64,000 nt of DNA from Candidatus Omnitrophota bacterium (lineage in GTDB: Bacteria > Omnitrophota > Gorgyraeia > Zapsychrales > Zapsychraceae). A program made the position numbers and the translations under genes. Below, in pieces: positions 1 to 10,186 of the stretch. The notes under the pieces are model-generated. The model did no database searches, had not been told where the DNA came from, and saw only the letters and a list, made by a program, of their open reading frames with translations. Location of the stretch: contig JADFYE010000004.1 in the NCBI GenBank assembly GCA_015233195.1, positions 66,411-130,410 of the forward strand, in the 5' to 3' direction. The first letter of the stretch is position 1; the number at the start of each line of letters is the position of its first letter.

Positions 1-2
1 CT

Positions 3-524
3 GTTGGAATGGATGTGCGCGGATTTTTTATTTTAGGATATCCTGAAGAAACGCGTGCGGAAATTCAGGCTACGGTTGATTTCGCGAAAAAGATTGAACT
101 GGATTGGGCGTATTTCTCAATTTTTTCTCCATTACCCAAAACCCATGCTTATAAAATCTGTATTGAAAAAGGATACATTAAAGACGGGGATTTTGACCCG
201 GTTCGCAGTTTTCATCGCAGTATTGTTAAGACTCCAGAATTTGATCCCGCGTATTTGCATGAGGTGCGGGAACAGGCGATCATTGATACGTGTTTTAAAT
301 ATAACCCCAACTTGCTGAAGTATGATGTGAACAAAGCGATCGAGAATTTTGAGTCAGTTGTCCGAAGATATCCGCATTTTGATTTTGCGAATTTTTATTT
401 GGGTGAAGCCTATTTACGGAAAAATGATTTGGTTTCAGCACGTGCGGCTTACAAAAATACTTTGAAAGCCAATCCGCGGCATGAAGAGGCACAACAACGG
501 CTAAAGGAGTTGGGCGATGAATAA
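3..524 (+). CDS. C-terminal fragment of a B12-binding-domain (class B) radical SAM protein with a TPR-like tail; the 5' end lies outside the window
   Basis: The frame is open from base 3. GFFILGYPEET...DFAKK...FSPLPKTHAYKICIEKGYIKD is collinear with the C-terminal halves of the complete paralogs at 6235..7620 and 12847..14406. The tail FYLGEAYLRKNDLVSARAAYKNTLKANP looks like a TPR repeat. Confidence 0.55.
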   Translation, partial: VGMDVRGFFILGYPEETRAEIQATVDFAKKIELDWAYFSIFSPLPKTHAYKICIEKGYIKDGDFDPVRSFHRSIVKTPEFDPAYLHEVREQAIIDTCFKYNPNLLKYDVNKAIENFESVVRRYPHFDFANFYLGEAYLRKNDLVSARAAYKNTLKANPRHEEAQQRLKELGDE

Positions 525-1464
525 TGAATTGCGGAGCCCGGAGAATATTCTGGTTATGGGTTATGGTTCGATTGGTAAACGGCATGTGGGGAATCTTTTA
601 ACTTTGGGATATCATCCGATGGTTTTGACTCGGCATCCTGACAATAATCCCCGTGTTAAGTTTTTATCAGATCCTGATCAAATTGTTGATGTGTCGCATG
701 CGGTAATCTGTTCTCCGACAGCAAGCCATGCGCAAGATATTGATATTCTGAGCGCGAGGGGAATAAAGAATTTTTTAGTTGAGAAGCCGATTGAAAAAGA
801 TTTAAGTTCGGCAGAACAAATCTGCACGATGGCAAAGGACCTTTCATTACGGATATCCGTAGCTTATAATATGCGCTTTTTTCGGTGTTTTGATGTGGCC
901 CGTGATTTTATTCAGGAAAATAAAAATGATATCAGATTAGTTCGAATGGGCGGTGGACAATATTTACCGGATTGGCGACCGCAGCAGGATTATCGCCAGT
1001 CATATAGTAGTCACAAGGATCAGGGTGGAGGAGTTGCTCTTGACCTATCGCATGAAATTGATTATATGCTGTGGCTTTTTGGTTTGCCCGTTAAATGGCG
1101 TGTGCTGAAATCTAAGATCAGCAGGTTGGAAATCGATTCTGATGACATTTTCAGCAGCGCGTATCTTTATCCGTCTTTTATGGTCGAGATTGAATTGGAT
1201 TATATACGGCGCAGGCGCATGCGATTTTTGAGCGTGATTTGCGAGAGCGGTAAATCACTTTACTGTGATTTTATAAATAAAAACATTTTAATCGAATCAT
1301 TAGACGCTGATCCTATTATATTGGAGGATGAAGTTCTTTTTGATGTCCAACAGGTTTATTTGGATGAAATGAAGGAGTTTTTATCGGTATCTCCGGTCAC
1401 TAATCCGAAATTAGCGGCGTTATCAGAAGCCATAACAGTTATGAAATTATTAGAGGAGCAGTAA
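517..1464 (+). CDS. Gfo/Idh/MocA-family NAD(P)-dependent sugar oxidoreductase
   Basis: N-terminal Rossmann motif ILVMGYGSIGKRH. The 315-aa two-domain layout is typical of the family. It overlaps the upstream CDS by 8 nt. Confidence 0.65.
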   Translation: MNNELRSPENILVMGYGSIGKRHVGNLLTLGYHPMVLTRHPDNNPRVKFLSDPDQIVDVSHAVICSPTASHAQDIDILSARGIKNFLVEKPIEKDLSSAEQICTMAKDLSLRISVAYNMRFFRCFDVARDFIQENKNDIRLVRMGGGQYLPDWRPQQDYRQSYSSHKDQGGGVALDLSHEIDYMLWLFGLPVKWRVLKSKISRLEIDSDDIFSSAYLYPSFMVEIELDYIRRRRMRFLSVICESGKSLYCDFINKNILIESLDADPIILEDEVLFDVQQVYLDEMKEFLSVSPVTNPKLAALSEAITVMKLLEEQ

Positions 1465-2180
1465 TGTATAAAGGAAAAAAAATTATTGCGATTATCCCGG
1501 CGCGGGGAGGCTCAAAAGGTCTTCCTCAAAAAAATATTCTGCCAGTCGCTGGTAAACCTTTGATTGCGTATTCTATAGAGCAAGCTTTAGCGTGTCCATA
1601 TATTGACCAGGTGCTCGTATCAACCGATTCAGCAGAGATCGGTGATATTGCGAAAAAATATGGAGCAGAAGTGCCATTTTTACGTCCAGCTCATCTGGCT
1701 TTGGATAAAAGCTCAACCATGGATGTACTTTTGCACGCGGTCACATTTTTGGAGGAACACGGGGAAAAATTTGAGGTGATGGTTCTTTTGCACGTAACTG
1801 CGCCGTTAAGGTCAGTTGATGATATCAGCAATTCAATCTCAATGCTGGTGGACGGTGATTATGATGATGTGTTTTCCGTATCAGACGCGCATCGAAGCCC
1901 GTATTTTAATATGGTGGAGAAAAAAGATCACTTTTACGCGCCCGTTATATCTACGGATTTTGTTTCACGTCAGCAGACTCCGCAGGTTTATGATCTTAAC
2001 GCGTCTATTTATGTTTGGTGGGTTGAGGTATTTAAAAGATCGCCTAAAGTCTATTTACCGAAGAGCGGAGTGTATGTTATGCCCAAAGAACGGTCGGTTG
2101 ATGTTGATGATGCTTTTGATTTTTTTATGGTGCAATGTTTGATGGATCACAAAAATCATGAGGGTAACCATGGTGAGTGA
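1464..2180 (+). CDS. Acylneuraminate (nonulosonate) cytidylyltransferase family protein, CMP-sugar synthetase of NeuA/LegF type
   Basis: N-terminal IIAIIPARGGSKGLPQKNI motif of the CTP_transf_3 family. Length is 238 aa. TAATG start/stop overlap with the upstream gene. Confidence 0.8.
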   Translation: MYKGKKIIAIIPARGGSKGLPQKNILPVAGKPLIAYSIEQALACPYIDQVLVSTDSAEIGDIAKKYGAEVPFLRPAHLALDKSSTMDVLLHAVTFLEEHGEKFEVMVLLHVTAPLRSVDDISNSISMLVDGDYDDVFSVSDAHRSPYFNMVEKKDHFYAPVISTDFVSRQQTPQVYDLNASIYVWWVEVFKRSPKVYLPKSGVYVMPKERSVDVDDAFDFFMVQCLMDHKNHEGNHGE

Positions 2181-3657
2181 AGCCAATAAAATACAATATA
2201 AATTTTTGTTTAAGAATATCTCGTGGCTGTTCTTGGGACGGATATTCGCGAAATTTATTTCTTTGTTGGTTTTGCCAATTGTGACGCGGTATATGTCGCC
2301 TGAGTCGTATGGTATTGTGGATTTATTTTTGGTAGAGGCTGCATTGCTTGGGGAATTATTCAGTTTGAGTTTTACGGGATTCGCGGCGCGTATTATTTAC
2401 AAATATGATCGTACTAATCATGAATTATGCAGGCAGTATATAGGTGTGATTTTATTCTATATCTTGATATTATCGACGATAGGATTATGTATTGCGTTGC
2501 CATTTGCGCAAAAGATTAATACCCTGATTATCGGACCGGTTCCGATGCCTAATCCGTATATAACAAGTTTTCCAATTATCTATGCGTTTTTCATGAGTTT
2601 TTTCACATTTACCACTAATGGTTTTATCAGCCTTCAACAGAATAAGAAATTATTTTTATGTGAATTCGCGGAATTTTTGCTGATTCTTCCTGCGCAGCTG
2701 GTCGGGCTGGTTTGGTTTAAATTCACGTGGGTTGAGGTCGTGACTCTGCAATTGATCGGAAAGATTATTGTGACTGTGTTTTCATTGTGGTTAATGCGTA
2801 AGGATATCGGATTTTCTGTAAAGCGCTTGAGAATATTCAAGAAAGCTTTTTGGTACAGCATTCCGTTTGTTCCTTTGAATTTCAGCTCTTGGATACAGGA
2901 ACAGACTGGTAAGATTTTTCTTGGTCATTTTGGGGCGATCTCCAGCGTTGGGGTTTATTCTGTCGGTAATAAATTGAGCACCGGATTCCAATTGTTTTCC
3001 AGACCGGTTATGACTTCTTTGAAACCTGAGATCTCAAAACGCTTGGATCAAAATAATGTGAATGTTCAAAAAGACATTAAAGATTTTTTTGGATTGTTTT
3101 TTACCGGTTCGTTATTTTTGATTTTTATTATTGCGGTATTCAGTCCTGAATTGGTCGCGTTTTTTGCTGATTCGAGATATGCCTCTGCCAGCCATGTTAT
3201 TCCTTTCATGGTTTTGGCGTTAATGTTTAATGAATTAACCGGAGTGTTCCAACTAAAATTTATTTATAAAAATTTGACTGTATATTTTCCCATTATCACA
3301 TTTACTACCGCGGTCATAACCGTTATTCTTAATTACTTTTTAATTGCCCGGTTTAAAATCGTCGGTGTTGCCATGTCAGCTTTAATCGTAAGTTTTTTGA
3401 CATTTTTTATGACTTATGTATTATCGCAAAGACTGCATCGCACATATTACGCGTTGCGGGAAAATTTTGGTTTTTTAATTTTGGGAGCGGGATTATTCGC
3501 TTTGCAGTATTTCGTGGGTTTTTGTCAACATTGGGTGGTTAAGCTTATATTGATCATGGTGTACACGGTGATTCTTTACAGGGATTTATTAAAAACGAAT
3601 GGACGATTCGCGGAGATAAAGAAGATGGTATCTCAAAAACTCGGGTTTAATATTTAA
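2158..3657 (+). CDS. Wzx-like polysaccharide/oligosaccharide flippase (MOP superfamily)
   Basis: 499-aa polytopic protein. N-terminus SWLFLGRIFAKFISLLVLPIVTRYMSPESYGIV is typical of Wzx-type polysaccharide biosynthesis proteins. An alternative ATG lies at 2170. Confidence 0.65.
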   Translation: MRVTMVSEANKIQYKFLFKNISWLFLGRIFAKFISLLVLPIVTRYMSPESYGIVDLFLVEAALLGELFSLSFTGFAARIIYKYDRTNHELCRQYIGVILFYILILSTIGLCIALPFAQKINTLIIGPVPMPNPYITSFPIIYAFFMSFFTFTTNGFISLQQNKKLFLCEFAEFLLILPAQLVGLVWFKFTWVEVVTLQLIGKIIVTVFSLWLMRKDIGFSVKRLRIFKKAFWYSIPFVPLNFSSWIQEQTGKIFLGHFGAISSVGVYSVGNKLSTGFQLFSRPVMTSLKPEISKRLDQNNVNVQKDIKDFFGLFFTGSLFLIFIIAVFSPELVAFFADSRYASASHVIPFMVLALMFNELTGVFQLKFIYKNLTVYFPIITFTTAVITVILNYFLIARFKIVGVAMSALIVSFLTFFMTYVLSQRLHRTYYALRENFGFLILGAGLFALQYFVGFCQHWVVKLILIMVYTVILYRDLLKTNGRFAEIKKMVSQKLGFNI

Positions 3658-3700
3658 GGGATATGTAAATTAAAATTTATTTAGTCAAGGGGCTTATATC

Positions 3701-5131
3701 ATGTTATTTAATTCGTTTCAGTTTGCTATATTTTTTTTAATTGTTACAGCTTTATATTTTAAACTCCCACATAAATATCGCTGGGCGCTGCTTTTATCGG
3801 CGAGCTGCGGGTTTTATATGGCGTTTATTCCGGTTTATATTTTTATTCTGTTCACCACGATCATTGTGGATTATTGGGCTGGGATGCAAATTGAAAGAAC
3901 ACAGGGAGCTGCGCGTAAATACTGGCTGATTTTTAGTTTGGTAGTAACCTGTGCGATTTTGTTTGTTTTTAAATATTTTAATTTTTTTAATTCTAATCTG
4001 GCTGCAGTAGCGAATTTTTTTGACTGGAATTATTCATTAGAGAATTTGCGATTAATCCTTCCGATCGGGCTTTCGTTTCATACGTTCCAAAGTATGAGCT
4101 ATGTTATTGAAGTTTATCGCGGTAATCAGAAAGCGGAAAAGAATTTCGGGATTTATTCGCTGTATGTCATGTTCTATCCACAATTGGTTGCTGGACCGAT
4201 TGAACGACCGCAAAATCTTCTTCACCAATTTTATGAGGAGCATACGTTTGATTTTAATCGAGTTGTTGGTGGATTACGGCTTATGGTTTGGGGTTTATTT
4301 AAAAAGATTGTAGTAGCGGATCGGTTGGCTGTGATCGTTAACCAAGTTTATAATAATCCTCATGAATATACCGGTATCCCGGTCATTCTCGCGACTGTGG
4401 CATTTGCTTTCCAGATATACTGTGACTTTTCTGGTTATTCGGAAATTGCGATTGGTGCCGCTCAAGTGATGGGGTTCCGCTTGATGCAGAACTTTAATCG
4501 TCCGTACAGTTCACGTTCGGTAGCTGAATTCTGGAAACGGTGGCATATTTCATTATCTTCGTGGTTTAGGGATTATTTTTATATTTCACTGGGAGGTAAC
4601 AGGGTGTCAAAACCGCGGTGGTTTTTTAATTTACTGATTACGTTCATGGTCAGTGGATTATGGCATGGGGCGAATTGGACATTTTTGATTTGGGGGATTT
4701 TAAACGGATTTTATTTAACCTGCGGGATATGGACTCAGGATATTAGAAAAAAAATTGTTTCCACGATCGGACTGGATCAATTGCCGTATTTGCATAATTT
4801 AATTCGGGTAGGTTGTACGTTTGCATTGATCTGTTTTTCCTGGATCTTTTTTAGGGCTTCGTCGTTATCGGATGCGGTATGGCTGATTAAGCATATGTTC
4901 TCATGGGGTAACGGGTGGGATTGGATATCATTCAGTCAAATTATGATATTGATCTTATGCGCGGCATTGGGGATGGTCAAACGGTCTTATGACCGGATCG
5001 CTTCTGGTCTAGCGGTTGATGTTAGGGGTTGGTCGGCGGTGATGAATTATTTGATACCGGCGTTAGCAATAAACTATATGATATTTTTTGGAGTTAGAAC
5101 ACATGCACAATTCATTTATTTCCAATTTTAA
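3701..5131 (+). CDS. MBOAT-family membrane O-acyltransferase (AlgI/DltB-like), copy 1
   Basis: 476-aa polytopic protein. MBOAT signature with the conserved His in FWKRWHISLSSWFRDYFYISLGGNR, plus a downstream WHGANW. Confidence 0.85.
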   Translation: MLFNSFQFAIFFLIVTALYFKLPHKYRWALLLSASCGFYMAFIPVYIFILFTTIIVDYWAGMQIERTQGAARKYWLIFSLVVTCAILFVFKYFNFFNSNLAAVANFFDWNYSLENLRLILPIGLSFHTFQSMSYVIEVYRGNQKAEKNFGIYSLYVMFYPQLVAGPIERPQNLLHQFYEEHTFDFNRVVGGLRLMVWGLFKKIVVADRLAVIVNQVYNNPHEYTGIPVILATVAFAFQIYCDFSGYSEIAIGAAQVMGFRLMQNFNRPYSSRSVAEFWKRWHISLSSWFRDYFYISLGGNRVSKPRWFFNLLITFMVSGLWHGANWTFLIWGILNGFYLTCGIWTQDIRKKIVSTIGLDQLPYLHNLIRVGCTFALICFSWIFFRASSLSDAVWLIKHMFSWGNGWDWISFSQIMILILCAALGMVKRSYDRIASGLAVDVRGWSAVMNYLIPALAINYMIFFGVRTHAQFIYFQF

Positions 5132-6221
5132 AGATAATCGAAAAGATATTAAAGTATTTTTTTTAACGGTTGCCGCAATTTTTGTTGTGATCGTTTTGAT
5201 CCTGGAGGGATATTTTTATTGGACAGGGGAAACCTTGCCCTATGATCAGGTTATCCAGAGACAGGCGCGTACCGGGGAATATTATGCGCCGAAATATTTT
5301 AATGTTTACCGGCAATATAAAATGCTGGGGATTAAGCGGCTCAAGCCGGAAGTGCTGGTGCTGGGTACATCCCGAATGATGCGGTTTGAGAAAAAACATT
5401 TCCCGGGAAAGAGATTTTATAATGGCGCGGTCGATGCTGTAACAGCCTGGGGAAGTGAAGGTGTTTTGGATATTCTTCATTCTTTAAAGGATGATGAGCT
5501 CCCGCATAAGATAATTTTAGGGATTGATCCGTGGATCTTTAATCCCAATTATGCCCAGAACCGGGAATTTAAGATGTATCAGTTGAAAAAGAAATTCCGG
5601 GATGTCGCAATTATTAAGGGTGGGTATTTGTTTTTGAAGTCATTGAAAGAACATATAATGGCTTACGATTTGGTGATCAATGAAACAAAAAAACCTCTGG
5701 AGTTTTTGCCTGAGGTTTTTAAAAAAAAGGGAATAGGATTGAATGCGGTTATTTTTCATACTGGGTTTAGTATTGACGGAAATTTTGTATTTCCAGTTAC
5801 CCGGGAGCGGAATGATTTTACAGATATCCCTCAGACCATGGACGCGTGGCAAAAGAAATTAGCGCATGAAAATTCATTTTTTCCGCCGGCTCATGATGTG
5901 GATCAGAATGCGGTTAAATCGTTTGAGGAATTATTGGATTATTGCAAATCCAGGAATGTTGATGTGATTGTTATGGTTGCGCCTTTCCGTCCGGATTATT
6001 ATGACGCGTTAACCACGCTGGATACTCATAAGGAGTTTTTCCAAAAATTTCGAGAAGTTCTTCCGAAGCTCGTAACAGCGAGAGGATATTTGTTTTTTGA
6101 TTATGCTTCGCCGTATTCACTAAAATTGGGCAATGATGATTTTGATGATAATATGCATGCTTATACTAAATTCAACGATATTGTAAGTCTTCAAATTGGT
6201 AAAGCCGGCTGGTTAAATTGA
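5103..6221 (+). CDS. Membrane-anchored protein of unknown family; by position, a possible extracytoplasmic partner of the upstream MBOAT acyltransferase
   Basis: One N-terminal TM helix (VFFLTVAAIFVVIVLIL) followed by a soluble domain of about 330 aa with no motif I can name. The ORF opens at TTG 5088, and ATG 5103 is preceded by GGAG. The functional guess rests only on adjacency, by analogy with AlgJ/AlgX/DltD partners. Confidence 0.35.
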   Translation: MHNSFISNFKDNRKDIKVFFLTVAAIFVVIVLILEGYFYWTGETLPYDQVIQRQARTGEYYAPKYFNVYRQYKMLGIKRLKPEVLVLGTSRMMRFEKKHFPGKRFYNGAVDAVTAWGSEGVLDILHSLKDDELPHKIILGIDPWIFNPNYAQNREFKMYQLKKKFRDVAIIKGGYLFLKSLKEHIMAYDLVINETKKPLEFLPEVFKKKGIGLNAVIFHTGFSIDGNFVFPVTRERNDFTDIPQTMDAWQKKLAHENSFFPPAHDVDQNAVKSFEELLDYCKSRNVDVIVMVAPFRPDYYDALTTLDTHKEFFQKFREVLPKLVTARGYLFFDYASPYSLKLGNDDFDDNMHAYTKFNDIVSLQIGKAGWLN

Positions 6222-6234
6222 GAAGAGGTTAAAT

Positions 6235-7620
6235 ATGAGAATTTTATTGGTTGCTTATGATAATGATTCGTATATTCATTGGTTTCCGCAAGGATTAGCC
6301 TATATTGCTGCAGTTCTGTTGAAGGCGGGACATGACGTGTCAATATATAATCAAGATCTGCATCATTATCCCTCTGAGCATCTATTAGACTACTTGAATG
6401 CGAACCGTTTTGACGCTGTGGGTGTCGGTGTTATAGCCGGGTATTATCAATATCGTAAATTATTGGAAATTTCAAGAGCTATTAATGAATCTAAACATCG
6501 TCCATATTATTTCCTGGGTGGGCATGGACCAAGTCCGGAACCAGAGTATTTTATGCGCAAAACTTCTGCTGATGCCGTTATTATCGGCGAAGGAGAAGAA
6601 ACTGTGGTTGAGCTTTTTTCGTTTCTCGAAAGTAAAAAATCTTTATCAGGTGTTAATGGGATTGCATTTAGAAATGGTGATGAGATTGTTATTAATCCGA
6701 GAAGACCGTTGATTGAAAATATTGATAGTATCCCTTATCCGGCATATGAATTATTTCCGATGGAGTATTATCGTCTTTTACGGATCCCGCATTGCGGGAA
6801 TAAATTTGCATTGCCGCTTTTATCCGGACGAGGATGTACGTTTAAATGTAATTTTTGTTATCTCATGGATGAAGGATTTCGTCCTCGCAGTAATGAGTCA
6901 ATTATTGAAGAAATTAAATTATTGAAAAAAAAATATAATATTAGCTATATTGTGTTTTCAGATGAGTTATTAATGTCATCCAGAGAGCGCACCGAAAGTT
7001 TGTGCCGGGATTTTATTAAAGCGAAATTAGGAATCAAATGGGATTGCAATGGTCGTTTAAATTATGCTTTTCTTGATTTGTTGAAATTGATGAAAGAGTC
7101 TGGATGCGTGTTTATTAATTATGGTATTGAAGCTATGGATGACCAAATCTTAAAAAATATGAATAAAGCATTAACAACCAAACAGATTATTAATGGTATT
7201 GAGGCGACTTTAAAAGCTGGCATCAGCCCAGGATATAATGTGATTTTTGGAAATATTGGCGAGAACAAAGAAACTTTAAAAAAGGGTGTTGATTTTTTGT
7301 TGAAGTATGATGATGGCGCTCAGTTGCGGACCATTCGTCCAGTAACCCCTTATCCAGGTTCTCCGCTTTATTATTACGCTATTGAAAAAGGATTGTTAAA
7401 AGATTGTCAGGATTTTTATGAAAATAAGCATCTGAATTCAGATTTATTAGCGGTTAATTTTACTAATATGTCCGACGAAGAATTTTATCGCGAGCTTTGT
7501 GAAGCAAACAAAATTTTAATTAAAAATTATTTTGATAAAAAGGAAAAGGCTGCGGTACAAGAGGTGGAAGATTTGTATTTTAACAAAAATGTTGGGTTTA
7601 GAGGATTTCGGCAAACTTAA
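6235..7620 (+). CDS. B12-binding-domain radical SAM protein (class B), paralog 2
   Basis: N-terminal flavodoxin-like B12-binding region (MRILLVAY...AVGVGVIAG). Radical SAM cluster motif CTFKCNFC (CxxxCxxC). Confidence 0.8.
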   Translation: MRILLVAYDNDSYIHWFPQGLAYIAAVLLKAGHDVSIYNQDLHHYPSEHLLDYLNANRFDAVGVGVIAGYYQYRKLLEISRAINESKHRPYYFLGGHGPSPEPEYFMRKTSADAVIIGEGEETVVELFSFLESKKSLSGVNGIAFRNGDEIVINPRRPLIENIDSIPYPAYELFPMEYYRLLRIPHCGNKFALPLLSGRGCTFKCNFCYLMDEGFRPRSNESIIEEIKLLKKKYNISYIVFSDELLMSSRERTESLCRDFIKAKLGIKWDCNGRLNYAFLDLLKLMKESGCVFINYGIEAMDDQILKNMNKALTTKQIINGIEATLKAGISPGYNVIFGNIGENKETLKKGVDFLLKYDDGAQLRTIRPVTPYPGSPLYYYAIEKGLLKDCQDFYENKHLNSDLLAVNFTNMSDEEFYRELCEANKILIKNYFDKKEKAAVQEVEDLYFNKNVGFRGFRQT

Positions 7621-7662
7621 TGGTAAACAGTGACGCTGGTTGGTTAAATAAGGAAAACGTCA

Positions 7663-9390
7663 ATGACCGTGAAAAAAAATAAACAGGTTTCTATTTTAGA
7701 TTGTACTATCCGGGATGGCGGATATTTGAATGAATGGGATTTTTCAGAAACCATGGTTAGAGATGTGTATCGCCAAGTTTCCAAATCTGGTGTTGATTAT
7801 ATTGAGTTGGGATTTTTTAATTCAAAAACCTCCAGACCAAGTAATCCTTGGCAATGTGTATCTGAGAAAACATTAAAAAAAATCGTTGAAGGAATACCTG
7901 GTGTTCCAATAGCTTTGATGCTGGATTATGGAAAATTTCGGGTGACAGATATTGGACGAGCAAAGGATACTTTAGTCCGGATGTTCCGGATCGCAGTTCA
8001 CAAGAATGAAGTTAAAAATGCGGCAATGCAAGTAGCAAAGATCAAAGCAAAAGGGTATATGGTTACTTTGCAATTAATGGGTATCAACGGATATTCAGAT
8101 GAAGATTTTCGGTCGCTGGTACCGGTTTTAAAGGCTGTAGATTTGGATTATTTATATTTTGCTGATAGTTATGGTTCGCTTCTACCGGTTGATCTTCCTC
8201 GGATTTTTCAATGGTTGCGTAAGACTGGGCAGAAAATTGGGTATCATCCACATAATAATTTGGAATTAGGATTTGCAAATACGCTGACTGCAATCACGGA
8301 AGGTGCCGCGATTGTAGATGCTACTGTATATGGAATGGGACGAGGGGCTGGAAATTTACCGTTAGAAGTTTTGATCATGTATTTGGCTAAAGTTTCAGGA
8401 GAACCTCGGTATAATTGTATACCTTTATTGGATTTGATTGATCGTTATTTTTTAACTTTGCATAAAAAATTAGGTTGGGGATATTCTCTTCCGTATATGT
8501 TATCTGGAATGTTTGAGTTGCACCCTAACTATGCCACTGCGGTAATTGATCGTCGGGAATTTGATATGGCTGCAGTATCGCGTATTCTTGAATGGGTTAA
8601 GAACCAGGATCCTGAAGGATTTGATAAGACCAAACTCGACCGGGTGTTGAAAAAGGGAACTGTATCTGATCATTCCCGTTCGGTCGATGAAAAAGATATC
8701 ACGTCAGAAACTAACGGTAAACTTGTCCCGTATCTGGACAGGCATAAAGGCAGGGATTTTTTGATATTGTCTAACGGTCCTTCTTTAAAAAAATACCGCA
8801 AACAGATTCAGGCATTTATTCGCAAGTATAAGCCGGTTGTTATTGGAGTGAACTTTTTGGACCAGTTATTCATACCTGATTATCATGGGTTTAGTAATAA
8901 AAAACGTTTTACGCAGTACGTGGATAAGGTTTCTCCTCGATCCACACTTCTTGTGTCCTCACAATTTGAGCCGGAATTTATAGCGGAATACACAAACCGT
9001 AAGTATGAACGCGTATATCATTTGGATCGGATGGATGCTGCAATGGATATTAAGAGCGGGGTAATCACGACCAATGGACGGACAGTCGGATTATTAATGG
9101 CTGGTGTTGCAACTGCCATGGGTGCGAAGCGTATTTTTATTGCGGGAATGGATGGATATCATCCGTCCAGGAAAAATGATTTGCCTGAACTGCATTTTTA
9201 TAAAGAAGCGGAAGAAGCAGCAGATCTAAGTGTACTTGCGGAAAAACACCATAATAATCAGGAGATGATGGATGGGATTAATGATTATTTGACTGCAAAG
9301 GGAAAAGAAGGACTTCATATTATTACCCCGACGAGTTATGGCCGTTTTTACACGGATGTAGAGCTTTGGTTAAAAAGTGATCACACTTAG
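7663..9390 (+). CDS. Fusion protein: N-terminal DRE-TIM metallolyase (HMGL-like, 4-hydroxy-2-oxovalerate-aldolase-type) domain plus C-terminal DUF115/MptE-like domain
   Basis: N-terminal motifs ILDCTIRDGGY and YHPHNNLELGFANTLTAITEGAAIVDATVYGMGRGAGNLPLE. C-terminal motifs FLILSNGPSLKKY...VVIGVN...PDYH and GAKRIFIAGMDGY, as seen in DUF115 / motility-accessory-factor / MptE proteins. Confidence 0.7.
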   Translation: MTVKKNKQVSILDCTIRDGGYLNEWDFSETMVRDVYRQVSKSGVDYIELGFFNSKTSRPSNPWQCVSEKTLKKIVEGIPGVPIALMLDYGKFRVTDIGRAKDTLVRMFRIAVHKNEVKNAAMQVAKIKAKGYMVTLQLMGINGYSDEDFRSLVPVLKAVDLDYLYFADSYGSLLPVDLPRIFQWLRKTGQKIGYHPHNNLELGFANTLTAITEGAAIVDATVYGMGRGAGNLPLEVLIMYLAKVSGEPRYNCIPLLDLIDRYFLTLHKKLGWGYSLPYMLSGMFELHPNYATAVIDRREFDMAAVSRILEWVKNQDPEGFDKTKLDRVLKKGTVSDHSRSVDEKDITSETNGKLVPYLDRHKGRDFLILSNGPSLKKYRKQIQAFIRKYKPVVIGVNFLDQLFIPDYHGFSNKKRFTQYVDKVSPRSTLLVSSQFEPEFIAEYTNRKYERVYHLDRMDAAMDIKSGVITTNGRTVGLLMAGVATAMGAKRIFIAGMDGYHPSRKNDLPELHFYKEAEEAADLSVLAEKHHNNQEMMDGINDYLTAKGKEGLHIITPTSYGRFYTDVELWLKSDHT

Positions 9391-9396
9391 GTGCTT

Positions 9397-10185
9397 ATGG
9401 AAGAATGGCAATTTAAAATTGGATCCCACGTTTGGGATGATGTGGATCTGGTGGTTTTTGATAAAGACGGCACGATCATTGATTTTTATTATTATTGGTC
9501 TCAAATGGTTGAATTACGAGCAAAACAGATCAGCGATTTGTCTGGATGGAACAGCAAAGAATTAATCGCGGGATTGGTTGACGTGATGGGGATAGATACG
9601 ACCCATCAGACATTTAAACCCGAAGGTCCGGTCGGACTTTTCCCTCGGACTGTGGTGTGCCAGACCGCTTTTGCATTTGCGAATCAACAGGATCCTCGGG
9701 TTTCATTGGATCTTTGCCAAAAAGCTTTTGAGCGCGCAGATGAGATTTCCGCAAAGAATTTGAATGGATTGATTCGTCCAGTGGAGGGTGTTTTAGATTT
9801 GATCCGTAAACTGCATGAGAAAAAATTTAGTTTGGCAGTTGCGACTACCGACCGCACAGATCGCGCAGAATTGGCATTGGATATTTTAGGGATCCGGAAT
9901 TTGTTTAGGGTCGTCGCTGGTTTTGATAAAGCGGAAAAATTAAAACCGCATCCGGATTTATTATTTTTTGTTAATGAGCAAACCGGCTGTTTGCCGGAAC
10001 AGTCGCTTATGATCGGAGATACGGATATGGATGTTGAAATGGCTAGACGGGCGGATTATGCGGGCGCGGTACGAATTAAAGGTCATGGGGTAATTACTGA
10101 GAAGTGGGAACGCATGGCTGTGATTGAAAATATTAATGAGATTCATGTTCTGGCGCGAACTGATCAAAAATTGGGAAAGGGGTAA
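9397..10185 (+). CDS. HAD-superfamily hydrolase (phosphatase, subfamily IA-like)
   Basis: HAD motif I VVFDKDGTIIDF and motif IV MIGDTDMDVEMA, with KPHPD in between. The ORF opens at GTG 9391, and ATG 9397 follows AGGTG. Confidence 0.75.
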   Translation: MEEWQFKIGSHVWDDVDLVVFDKDGTIIDFYYYWSQMVELRAKQISDLSGWNSKELIAGLVDVMGIDTTHQTFKPEGPVGLFPRTVVCQTAFAFANQQDPRVSLDLCQKAFERADEISAKNLNGLIRPVEGVLDLIRKLHEKKFSLAVATTDRTDRAELALDILGIRNLFRVVAGFDKAEKLKPHPDLLFFVNEQTGCLPEQSLMIGDTDMDVEMARRADYAGAVRIKGHGVITEKWERMAVIENINEIHVLARTDQKLGKG

Positions 10186-10186
10186 T

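Noticed and set aside
10124-10186. N-terminal extensions offered by the ORF track (10124, 32970, 51659, 52921, 54984, 16728, 16291)
   Set aside because: In each case an internal ATG sits just after the upstream stop, usually with an SD-like sequence. That ATG also aligns with the canonical N-terminus of the family. The extensions overlap the upstream gene or repeat DNA.
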